Below, one piece after another: positions 8,367 to 16,105 of a stretch of 29,515 nucleotides of DNA (position 1 is its first letter; every line of letters begins with the position of its first letter). Under the pieces are notes generated by a model. It had not been told where the DNA came from. It did no database searches and saw nothing but the letters and a program-made list of their open reading frames with translations. Position numbers and translations under genes: made by a program. Source of the DNA: a virus (Duplodnaviria > Caudoviricetes); the IMG/VR virus record IMGVR_UViG_3300014167_000264, positions 1-29,515 of that record, one strand, 5' to 3'.

Positions 8367-10990
8367 CTGGTCACCTGCGCGCCCGTCCGCGTGTTCGTCG
8401 CCGTCAGGGTCACGTCCTGGTTCAACACGGCGTCATTAAGCATCCCCGCTAACTGAGCGACCCCGGCCACGCCCACCACATGCCCGTAAACGTTTACCGT
8501 CAGGTGCGGCGTCCGCTGCTGGCTCATCCCGCCGCCGTATCCGCCTCCGGAGCCCGAACCTGACACGCCGCCCGTTCCTGGCGGCATGCTCGCTTTCCCG
8601 GCGCCCGCGCTCTGTTCTTGCCCCGCCGCCACCGCGCGCCCCGCAATCGCCGCGCCCACGCCCACGCTGCCAAACAGCGCCGCCGCCTCGAATGCCGCCG
8701 CCGCTCCCGTGAAGTTGCCCACCGCAATGTCGTAGAAGCCCCACGCCGTGGAATAGACCGCCTGGATGAGGCACTGGGCTGCAATCGACTCCAGCGTCGA
8801 AGCCGCAGCCGCTTGCATCGCCTGCCCGATCGACTTCGAATAGACGATTGCGTTCGCGATGCCGCCGCCCATGCCCTGCGCCATGTGATCGAACGCCTCT
8901 TTGGCGACCTGGTCGAGCGCCGTCATCGACAGCTTCACCATCTCGACGGACTGGTTTGTCGAGGTCTGCCATTGTTTCAGCGCGGCTTCGTCGCCCCTCA
9001 GCATCTCGCCGAACTTCGATCCGAATACCCCCGTCCAGCCCTGCGAGTTGTACAGCGCATTCAGGTCGGCCGTGTACCCGGCGAACAGCATCTTCCGGAT
9101 TGCCGCGAACTGCGCAACCACCACCTGCTGCTGCCCAATGTCCTTCACGTCCAGCAGGGCCTTCGCCAGCCGCGTCTGGCTGTAGTTCGCCACGTCGCGG
9201 TCGTACTCGGCCTTCAGCTTCTGCTCTTTCGTCATCTCGGCTTCCAGCAGCTTGTTGTGCGCCGACTTCAGGTTCTGCAGCTCCTGCGCGAATTCCGACT
9301 GTTGATTCCGGTTGATCCTGTCGCGCCCGGCCTTGTCCAGCGCCTCCAGTGCCTTCTCGTTATCCGCCGTCAGCTCGTTTTTCAGCTTGAGCTGCCGCCG
9401 CAATCCGGCCATCTCGATGGCCCACTGCTGCAGCTCGCTCTCGTAGCTCTTTTCCTGCTGCCCGGCGATCCGCTTTTGCAGGTCCTCGCCAGCGGCCTGG
9501 ACGGCCTCGCTGTGCTCGCGCCCGATCTTTTCCGCCCCTGCTTTCGCGAGCTGGCTGATCAGCGCGTCCAGGGCCTGTTGCTGCGTACTGGTGAGGTCTT
9601 TCTTCTTTCCGAGCTGCTCGCGCAGTTTGGCGATCTCCGCATCCCACGCCGCCTGCTGGTCGGCTTCGGATTTCGTCCGCTGACCGGCGATCCGCTGCCG
9701 CATGTCGGCCGCGAACTGGTCGAACTCCTCGTTCTGCTTATCGTGGAGTTTGTCCGTGAGCTGTGTGGTCAGGCTCTGAATCGCGGCCGGCAACTGCGCC
9801 AGCGCGCTCATGCCCTGTTTCACAGCCTGCGGAGCCAGTTCGCCGGCCTTCCGCAGTTCGTTGAATTTCGCCGTCGCCTTCGCAACTTCGACGCCCAGGT
9901 GATCGATCTGCTCGTCAATCTGCGCCTGGCCGCCCACCGAGTTTGCCATCCGCTCTTTCACGGTCTCCAGAATGTCGGCCAGGCCCGTGAATTCCGCTCG
10001 CACCTTCGCCACTTTTTCCGGCGCGCTGCCAAGTCCGTCCTTGCCTTCTCCGCCGCCGATGTTCGCGAGCGCCTTTCCCGTCGCCTCAACCTGTGCTTTC
10101 AGCACGTCCATCGTCGCGGCAAGGGAAGCCGCGAAATTGTTTGCCGGCACGCCTTTGCCGGACAGCATCATCACCACCGAGAGCCATCCGATCTTCAGGC
10201 TCTCCATCAGCGGCAGTGTGCGTTTGCCCCATTCAACGTCCAGCGCTTCTTGCTGCGCTTTGATCGTGTTGAGCGAAGCCTTGTATTCCTTCATCGCCAC
10301 GACGTCGTCGTGCCCGACAATCAGCCCCATCCGTCGCGCTTCGTCCGTAAAGCGCTTCAGCCCGTCCGCGCCCTGCGAGAGCATCCCGAGCAGCTCCGCG
10401 CCGCCGCGCCCGAACAGTTCGCGCGCCAGGGCCGCGCGCTCGGTGCCGGAAGCCAGGCTTTTGAACCGGTCGGCCGACGCCATCAGCAGCGGCAGGATGT
10501 TCTTCTCGCCGTCCGCGACCTGCTGGTTCGTGACGCCGAGCAGTCGCGCGATCTTGACGCGGCCCTCTTCGGTCGCATTCGCCTTGACGACTTCGGCTTC
10601 GAACCTGGTGATGCCGTGCGTCAGCGCCTCGTAGCTCGATCCCGTTTCCGTCGCCGCGAAGTGCAGCCCGGACATGTCCTCGACCGCGATCCCCGTCACC
10701 TTCGAGCCCTGCGCGATCTCGCTCACGTAATCGACGTACGCGTCGGCCGCGTGCACCGCCGCCGCCCCGGCCGCGACCAGTCCCGCCGCCATCACCGCGC
10801 CGCCGGCCGTCATCGCGCCCTGCACCGTTGACAGGTCCCCGAGCACCTTCGATGCCCAGTCGTCGAACTCCGCGCCGATGCCCTCCAAGTCCTTCCCCAG
10901 CAGCGTCCGGAAGCGCGCGATGTTGCCCTCGGCGTCCGCGCTGTCGGCGTTGATCTTGAAGAGCAGTTCGGCTGTGGAATCGAGTGACAT
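8363..10990 (-). CDS. Tail tape measure protein (875 aa)
   Basis: N-terminal ELLFKINADS motif, ALARELFGRGGAELL motif, long Ala/Gln/Lys/Glu coiled-coil, hydrophobic segments, C-terminal LTVNVYG; follows the tail chaperone. Confidence 0.93.
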   Translation of the reverse strand: MSLDSTAELLFKINADSADAEGNIARFRTLLGKDLEGIGAEFDDWASKVLGDLSTVQGAMTAGGAVMAAGLVAAGAAAVHAADAYVDYVSEIAQGSKVTGIAVEDMSGLHFAATETGSSYEALTHGITRFEAEVVKANATEEGRVKIARLLGVTNQQVADGEKNILPLLMASADRFKSLASGTERAALARELFGRGGAELLGMLSQGADGLKRFTDEARRMGLIVGHDDVVAMKEYKASLNTIKAQQEALDVEWGKRTLPLMESLKIGWLSVVMMLSGKGVPANNFAASLAATMDVLKAQVEATGKALANIGGGEGKDGLGSAPEKVAKVRAEFTGLADILETVKERMANSVGGQAQIDEQIDHLGVEVAKATAKFNELRKAGELAPQAVKQGMSALAQLPAAIQSLTTQLTDKLHDKQNEEFDQFAADMRQRIAGQRTKSEADQQAAWDAEIAKLREQLGKKKDLTSTQQQALDALISQLAKAGAEKIGREHSEAVQAAGEDLQKRIAGQQEKSYESELQQWAIEMAGLRRQLKLKNELTADNEKALEALDKAGRDRINRNQQSEFAQELQNLKSAHNKLLEAEMTKEQKLKAEYDRDVANYSQTRLAKALLDVKDIGQQQVVVAQFAAIRKMLFAGYTADLNALYNSQGWTGVFGSKFGEMLRGDEAALKQWQTSTNQSVEMVKLSMTALDQVAKEAFDHMAQGMGGGIANAIVYSKSIGQAMQAAAASTLESIAAQCLIQAVYSTAWGFYDIAVGNFTGAAAAFEAAALFGSVGVGAAIAGRAVAAGQEQSAGAGKASMPPGTGGVSGSGSGGGYGGGMSQQRTPHLTVNVYGHVVGVAGVAQLAGMLNDAVLNQDVTLTATNTRTGAQVTR

Positions 10991-11251
10991 TTATCGAGGT
11001 CCTTCTCTTCGGCCCGAAGTGAGAGGCTCGCTTACGGGAAGTTTCACGGAGTCGTTGAGCCTCTTGTCCGTTTCTTGTAACCAGTACGCATAGTTGAGCG
11101 GGTTTTGCGGGACCAGGTGATAGATAACCAGGCGCTCTTCAAAACCCGCGCTGAGCCTGATCTTCATCCGGATTTCGCCGACCTGAACCGGGCTGGCCAA
11201 GCCCGACACGTTGATGATGTCGCCAACCTCGAATTTGGTTTTGATGTCCAC
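10991..11251 (-). CDS. Small hypothetical protein (86 aa), SH3-like KFEVGD start
   Basis: GTG with AAAGGGGGA upstream; abuts the TMP start; visibly more AT-rich than its neighbours. Confidence 0.65.
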   Translation of the reverse strand: MDIKTKFEVGDIINVSGLASPVQVGEIRMKIRLSAGFEERLVIYHLVPQNPLNYAYWLQETDKRLNDSVKLPVSEPLTSGRREGPR

Positions 11252-11265
11252 CGCGTCCCCCTTTC

Positions 11266-11472
11266 TCAGAGCCAGATCTCCTGCACGTCCCCGCTATCGC
11301 TATCCCCGCCGTTACCCGACGATCCGGACTTTTGCGCTTGCGCGATCGCCAGCGCCGCCGCCAGGTCGATCTCCAGCGCCAACATCGGATCCGCGATCGC
11401 CAGCAGCGCCGACGGCCGCGTTCCGAACGTCTTCGCCGTCACGGCCAGCGTGATCATCTGCTCTGACCGTAC
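11266..11472 (-). CDS. Tail assembly chaperone C-terminal (GT-like) segment, probably reached by +1 frameshift
   Basis: Frame is +1 relative to the chaperone ORF. AKTFGTRPSALLAIADPMLALEIDLAAA resembles the T segment of chaperones. Only a weak RBS precedes the internal ATG at 11457. Confidence 0.65.
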   Translation of the reverse strand, partial: VRSEQMITLAVTAKTFGTRPSALLAIADPMLALEIDLAAALAIAQAQKSGSSGNGGDSDSGDVQEIWL

Positions 11473-11857
11473 GAAAGGGACGCAGCCGGTCCGCCTCGTC
11501 CATGCGCATCGCCCACCGCGTGACGAACGCCAGATCCTCGTCTGGAATCTCGCGCGGATGGATCTCATCGTCGCCCTGCGGGTTGAGCGAGATCCGCGGC
11601 GAAACGTAGCAATACAGCAGCAGTTGCCGCGTCACTTCGATCGATTCGAGCACCTCGGCCTTCGACATCGGCCCGCGCTCTTCGCCCTCGCCCGCCTGCA
11701 GCTCGCCGGCCAGGCTCAGCGGCAGCCGTCTCCAGGTCAGCAATTGCGCCGGATCCGGCCGCCGCGCCTTGATCGTCAAACCGCTCGGCAGTTCCAGATC
11801 GATTGCTTCCTCAACGGCCTTCTCCTGCTGTTTCGCCCGCCACGTTTTCAAGTCCAT
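11312..11857 (-). CDS. Tail assembly chaperone (G-like)
   Basis: Lies between tail tube and TMP. The first ~128 aa look folded (LELPSGLTIKARRP…); the zero-frame remainder is low-complexity. Confidence 0.8.
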   Translation of the reverse strand: MDLKTWRAKQQEKAVEEAIDLELPSGLTIKARRPDPAQLLTWRRLPLSLAGELQAGEGEERGPMSKAEVLESIEVTRQLLLYCYVSPRISLNPQGDDEIHPREIPDEDLAFVTRWAMRMDEADRLRPFRTVRADDHAGRDGEDVRNAAVGAAGDRGSDVGAGDRPGGGAGDRASAKVRIVG

Positions 11858-11900
11858 AACAAAGTCCCCCTGTCCTGTCTTTCACTTACGCCAGACCGCT

Positions 11901-12515
11901 TTAAAGCGTCTCGTACACCAGGCCGATTCTGCGCCCGGCCGTTCGCGTCGGATCCGTCAGGCCCTTGAACGTCCCCTTGTAGCTCGACTTCTTCGCGCGC
12001 CCGATCGCGGTGCTCAGCCCCAGCGTCCCGATCGCCGCGAACAGCACGCTCACGATGAAGCACCCCACCACGGCGCGCTTCGGCGAAATGAACGCCACGC
12101 ACTGCCCCACTGCGGGCAGCGGCTGATCGCCGAACGTCAGCAGGTTGTAGCCCGGCGTCGCCTGCGTCGAAAAGACGCAGAACGGCATCAGATTCTGCAT
12201 GATCTTCGGGTCCAGTTGAACGAAATCGGCCTCGATGCTCATCTCTTCGGCCGTGAGGTACTGGGCCACCGGTCCGGCAAACTGATCGACCGTGATGTCC
12301 TCGATCTTCGGTTTCACCGAAATCGTGACTGCCGAGTCCAGTGCGCCCAGATGCACGGCCGTCGGGAACGTGGTCGCATCCGGCGATCCATCGACCGCTA
12401 ATGTGACCAGCGGAGCGACCGAATCGACGGGCGCTGGCGAGATGAGCCACAAATCGCCCGGCCCCTGGTGGATGTGCTTAACGTCGTAATTTTTCGCCGT
12501 TGGAGTCGTCGGCAT
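11901..12515 (-). CDS. Major tail (tube) protein, non-contractile type (204 aa)
   Basis: IHQGPGDLW…HLGALDSAVTISVKPKIEDITVDQ pattern is typical of siphovirus tube proteins; precedes TAC/TMP; no sheath gene nearby. Confidence 0.85.
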   Translation of the reverse strand: MPTTPTAKNYDVKHIHQGPGDLWLISPAPVDSVAPLVTLAVDGSPDATTFPTAVHLGALDSAVTISVKPKIEDITVDQFAGPVAQYLTAEEMSIEADFVQLDPKIMQNLMPFCVFSTQATPGYNLLTFGDQPLPAVGQCVAFISPKRAVVGCFIVSVLFAAIGTLGLSTAIGRAKKSSYKGTFKGLTDPTRTAGRRIGLVYETL

Positions 12516-12680
12516 TTACTTCCCTTCCTTCGCTGGCGCGGCCTGCGCCTTTTCGTTCACCGCGATCAGCGCATGTGCGTACAAAATCGCGGTTTTCGTT
12601 TCCAGCTCGACGACCTCGCCGGGCTGATGCACAATGCCGTCCTCGAAAGCGACTGGCAGCGTAACTCGATACTTCCCCAT
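12516..12680 (-). CDS. Small virion-associated protein (54 aa; YRV…H.PGEVVEL family)
   Basis: ATG at 12680 with GGGAGG RBS; the motif is common in small head/neck proteins of Mu-like phages. The ORF-track extension to 13130 is a shadow. Confidence 0.7.
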   Translation of the reverse strand: MGKYRVTLPVAFEDGIVHQPGEVVELETKTAILYAHALIAVNEKAQAAPAKEGK

Positions 12681-12703
12681 GAAAGCCTCCCTTTCCTCAG
12701 ATT

Positions 12704-13165
12704 TCACTCCGGCAGCTCGACGCTCTCCACGGCGACATGCAGCTCCGGAAACTTCGCGAACCCGCCATTGCCTTGAAACAAAGGCCCGTAATCGTGTTCC
12801 TGCGGATGCAGGTGCAAAATCGTTTCGTCCAGCTCGCTCACCGTCGCATTCCGCAGCGCCAGGTCGACCGCCGTCATGTAATCGACGGCCGCGTGCGCGA
12901 TGTCTTCCGGATCGCCGCCCATCAGACCGATCCGCACCGTGACCAGGTGGACCTGCTCGATGAGCTGGCCTTCGTCGCTGACTTGCGTAGTCCGCGGCAT
13001 GATCCACACCGTCGGCGGATTCACCATCAGGCCCGTGTACGCCCACTTGAACTCGCGGAACGCATCGCGCGGCGTCGCCATGTTCGCGAGCAGCTCCGCC
13101 GTGTCGTTCTCGAGAATCGACTGAATGCAATTCAGCGCGATCAGAATGAACTGCGGATTAGCCAC
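12704..13165 (-). CDS. Putative tail terminator / tail completion protein (153 aa)
   Basis: Acidic ~150-aa alpha/beta protein just upstream of the tube gene; GTG preceded by GGAGG. Confidence 0.65.
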   Translation of the reverse strand: MANPQFILIALNCIQSILENDTAELLANMATPRDAFREFKWAYTGLMVNPPTVWIMPRTTQVSDEGQLIEQVHLVTVRIGLMGGDPEDIAHAAVDYMTAVDLALRNATVSELDETILHLHPQEHDYGPLFQGNGGFAKFPELHVAVESVELPE

Positions 13166-13880
13166 GCGCTGCCTCCACTCGCTGCCGGGCCGTCTCGAAC
13201 CGCTCCGCGTCGATCTCCATCCCGATGAAACGCCGCCCGCTCTTCACCGCCGCAACGCCCGTCGAACCAAGCCCCATGGAGTTATCGAGTACGACTCCGC
13301 CACGACGCGTGTAGGTCCGGATCAGGTACTCCAGCAGCGCGACGGGCTTTTGCGCGGGCTTCGCGCCTGGTTCGCGCTGGAATCGAAGAATCGACGTCGG
13401 CCATCCGGTCTTCGTCTGAACGCTTCCCTGCGCGCACTTGCCGTAGGTTTCCGATCCCCTCGCCGCCCGCGCTTTCGGCGCGCACGGCCGCAGTCCCTGG
13501 GGGAAGTAGCCGGGCATCTGCGGCGCGAATACGAGCAACTGCTCGTGTCGCACCATGGGACGACGGTGCGCCCACAGCCAGCCGCTTGCCGCTCGCTTAT
13601 CCCAGATCCACTCGTACCGGAACCAACCCCTCGGAGCCGCGTTCATCAGCGCCACCGAAAAGCGCATCATCGAGAACAACACGGCCGCGCCCCGTGCCTT
13701 CAGCACGCGGACATACTCGCGCCACAGCGTCGTGAGATTCATGACGCGGTCCCACGAGCAATTTGTCACCCCATAAGGCAAGTCGCACAGCACCAGGTCG
13801 ACGCTTTGCGCCTCAACCTTCGGAAGCAACTCCAGACAGTCGCCGTGATGCAGTTCGACCATATTTCCGCTATCCTTCAA
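13158..13880 (-). CDS. Orphan DNA amino-methyltransferase (N6-A/N4-C, beta class)
   Basis: GDCLE…VDLVLCDLPY (motif IV) precedes QKPVALLEYLI…VLDNSMGLGSTG (motif I) and FIGMEID. Alternative start is ATG at 13862. Confidence 0.92.
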   Translation of the reverse strand: MKDSGNMVELHHGDCLELLPKVEAQSVDLVLCDLPYGVTNCSWDRVMNLTTLWREYVRVLKARGAAVLFSMMRFSVALMNAAPRGWFRYEWIWDKRAASGWLWAHRRPMVRHEQLLVFAPQMPGYFPQGLRPCAPKARAARGSETYGKCAQGSVQTKTGWPTSILRFQREPGAKPAQKPVALLEYLIRTYTRRGGVVLDNSMGLGSTGVAAVKSGRRFIGMEIDAERFETARQRVEAARG

Positions 13881-14518
13881 TCCCGCTTTCCTCCTCGATG
13901 TTCGTGCTCATGTTCCCTCGGCAGCGGCGGATGGTAGAGCCTGCCGCCCATGCGGAGCGGTGCCGTCGCGCCCGGATGCGCGCTGAAATACTTCTGCGCC
14001 GCCGCGTCCAGCCGCTCGACGTCGGACGGTTTCAGCCCCGTCCGGAAGCCGCACGCCGACGCGATCTGCACCAGGTACACCTGGATATTCCGCATCGCCT
14101 CGCGCTTGAACTTCTCGGTGAGCTGGATCTCCGGCCGGGCCGCCATCTTGCTCGTGCCCTGCTGGTGAAACAGCGCGTAGTTCAACCGCGAACCGAGCGT
14201 CAGCGTCTTCCGCGCCTCGATATACACGGCGTTTGGATCGGTCCGGTCCGTCAGCGACGACGCCAGAGTGCCCGTCCGCTGCAGGATCGGCTTGCCCGGA
14301 TAGGCCACTTCCTTGAACTTTGCGTACTCCGGTTTCAGCTCTTTCCAGTGCTCGCCGCCCGCCTCGCCTTCGGTCTTGAACTGCGCCGCCACCTGGGCAT
14401 AGAAATCGTCCGCGATCACCGGCCAGATCGGCCTGTAATCGGCGACACCTTCGGTGAACCGCGCGATCCCTCGATCGAGCTGCGCCTGACCCGCAATTTC
14501 CATCCGGAATCGGAACAT
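13877..14518 (-). CDS. Phage virion morphogenesis protein (Mu G/gp31, tail-S family) with C-terminal extension
   Basis: F.TEG…WKEL, ILQRTGTLASSL, GSRLNYALFHQQGTSKMAARP. Start ATG 14518 chosen because it follows two hairpins and AAGAGG. Confidence 0.88.
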   Translation of the reverse strand: MFRFRMEIAGQAQLDRGIARFTEGVADYRPIWPVIADDFYAQVAAQFKTEGEAGGEHWKELKPEYAKFKEVAYPGKPILQRTGTLASSLTDRTDPNAVYIEARKTLTLGSRLNYALFHQQGTSKMAARPEIQLTEKFKREAMRNIQVYLVQIASACGFRTGLKPSDVERLDAAAQKYFSAHPGATAPLRMGGRLYHPPLPREHEHEHRGGKRD

Positions 14519-14568
14519 TCTGCCTCTTAGTGGGAACCCGGCGTTTCGCCGCCGGATGCTCACTGAGA

Positions 14569-14588
14569 GGGGCGGCCGAAGCCGCCCC
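14569..14588 (-). terminator. GC-rich hairpin with C(UUCG)G loop; possible weak terminator or mRNA-stabilising stem
   Basis: Minus strand GGGGCGGC-TTCG-GCCGCCCC, 14 nt after the stop of the 183-aa gene; followed only by TCTCAG, so no strong U-tract. Confidence 0.5.
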
Positions 14589-14602
14589 GTCCGGTAGCTT
14601 TC

Positions 14603-15154
14603 TCAGCTCCCGCCGGCCAGCAACCCGGCAATGAGCTGGTAGCCGGAGTTATTGTTCACGCTCGATTTCACCGTCCTGATATTCGGCCCGATCCACCAGG
14701 AGCTTTTGCCGACGGCATGCGTGGCCATCCCGCCGCCCGTCCAGGCCCAGCCCGTAGCTGCGCCCGACCAGGAAGGACCCGCCGCGGCCGTGAGGTAGAC
14801 CTGCCAGCCCGCCACGGTGAAAACTCGCTGCGCTACGCCTGCCGCCACATCGGTGGTCACCGTGACCGGCTGCAGGGTCGTCGGCACCGCGTCGAACACG
14901 GTGAACGCGTACGTTCCGGCGCTCGTTTGTTGCCTCGCGTACATCGCCGTGCCCGCAAATTGCTGTGCCGCGCTCGCTGACGCGCCCTGGTTCCACGAGA
15001 TCCCGGCGCCCCAGATGTTGAGCGGATCGGTGAGCGTCGCCGTCGCCGCCGGAGGCGAAGTCGCCGGCGTCGTCGCCGTCTGCGCGTAAATCGTTGGCAC
15101 AAAGATCATTAGGATCCCAAGCGCCATAACTCTCAAACTTCTCAGTGAATTCAT
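14603..15154 (-). CDS. Exported protein, predicted small beta-barrel/outer-membrane-like (183 aa)
   Basis: Sec-type signal (MNSLRSLR-VMALGILMIFVPT-IYA/Q), Thr/Pro/Ala linker, then about eight amphipathic Gly/aromatic-rich strands. Confidence 0.65.
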   Translation of the reverse strand: MNSLRSLRVMALGILMIFVPTIYAQTATTPATSPPAATATLTDPLNIWGAGISWNQGASASAAQQFAGTAMYARQQTSAGTYAFTVFDAVPTTLQPVTVTTDVAAGVAQRVFTVAGWQVYLTAAAGPSWSGAATGWAWTGGGMATHAVGKSSWWIGPNIRTVKSSVNNNSGYQLIAGLLAGGS

Positions 15155-15208
15155 CTGCCTTTCTTTCTTCCCCCCGTGCCTTGTCGAATTCGGCTGCTTA
15201 CTCAGCCC

Positions 15209-15535
15209 CTACGAAGCCTGCCCGTTTGCGGCTTCCCCGGCCGCCTCTGCCTCTTTCGCGAAGCCGATGAGCTTCGCGACCCACGGCCACTTGCCCGTTG
15301 CCCACAACAGGAAGGCCATCGCAACGATGCCGGTCGCCTTTGCCAGTTCGGCCACGGCCGTCTGGTCTTTGAACTGAAATCCCTGCATCGCGAGCATCCA
15401 GTTGATCTGGTTCGCCAGCAGCGGCGTCACCACGATCGCCAGGACATTCGTGCCCTCATCCGTCCCTTTGTGCGCAATCAGGCGCTTGAGCACCTGGTTG
15501 ATGAACCCGTTTTGCAGACTCTGCACGATCGCCAT
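15209..15535 (-). CDS. Small membrane protein, holin-like (108 aa)
   Basis: Two hydrophobic segments (VLAIVVTPLLA…, GIVAMAFLLWATG) and a polar C-tail; AAGGAG RBS. Confidence 0.55.
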   Translation of the reverse strand: MAIVQSLQNGFINQVLKRLIAHKGTDEGTNVLAIVVTPLLANQINWMLAMQGFQFKDQTAVAELAKATGIVAMAFLLWATGKWPWVAKLIGFAKEAEAAGEAANGQAS

Positions 15536-16105
15536 CTAAAGCTCCTTTCGAAACGCCTTCCCGGCGCTGTCCACACGTCGCAGGCCGAAATACTCTTCCA
15601 CCGGATGCAGCGCATACGGCCGCAATGTCCGGAACACCTTCCCAAGCTGCACTTCGATCCGGTAAACCTCGTGATAAAAGCTGCCCCTGTCCATTCGGAG
15701 AGCGCGGCAGCACTCCCGCCATCCGGCGCCCCCGAGAAAATGCAGCTCGAAGATCGCCGACCGCAGCGGATTGTCGAAGAGCGTCCGTCGCGAGACCAGG
15801 ACGAAATCGGCCGAGTACTCCTCGCGCTTACGTCCGTAGGTGAAACACCTCGATCGGCCTTCCCCGAAGCGGTCCAGGCTGACTGTCGAGAGCGTCCTTG
15901 GCTCACGCTGGATGCACAGCCATTTGTTGAAACAGGCCCGGAAAATCGAGTACCAGACGCAATAGCAGACCTGTTTCCCGCGTCCCCGGAAGCGGCCTGT
16001 CCCCATGCAGTGCGCGCACTTCGGGTTTGCCAGGATGAACGGGGCTACCCGCTCCCACTCGTACGCCGGCTCGGGGCTTTTCCGCCAGATGGGGCATGCC
16101 GCCAT
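15536..16105 (-). CDS. Zn-finger + C-terminal HTH putative transcription regulator (antiterminator-Q/sigma-region-4-like architecture, 189 aa)
   Basis: ATG at 16105 overlaps the upstream TAA (TAATG). CAHCMGTG…CYC zinc motif; IFELHFLGGAGWRECCRALRMDRGSFYHEVYRIE HTH-like block. Confidence 0.7.
   Translation of the reverse strand: MAACPIWRKSPEPAYEWERVAPFILANPKCAHCMGTGRFRGRGKQVCYCVWYSIFRACFNKWLCIQREPRTLSTVSLDRFGEGRSRCFTYGRKREEYSADFVLVSRRTLFDNPLRSAIFELHFLGGAGWRECCRALRMDRGSFYHEVYRIEVQLGKVFRTLRPYALHPVEEYFGLRRVDSAGKAFRKEL

Noticed and set aside
8618-10831. 737-aa plus-strand ORF
   Set aside because: Antisense shadow of the tape measure gene; Arg/Leu/His-rich with no motifs, as expected opposite GC-rich coding DNA.
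11473-11479. Canonical -1 slippery heptamer CCCTTTC
   Set aside because: The phase is CCC_TTT_C rather than C_CCT_TTC, and the T-like ORF is in the +1 frame.
13158-13880. Restriction-modification or other defence system
   Set aside because: No nuclease or other defence partner nearby; both flanks are virion genes.
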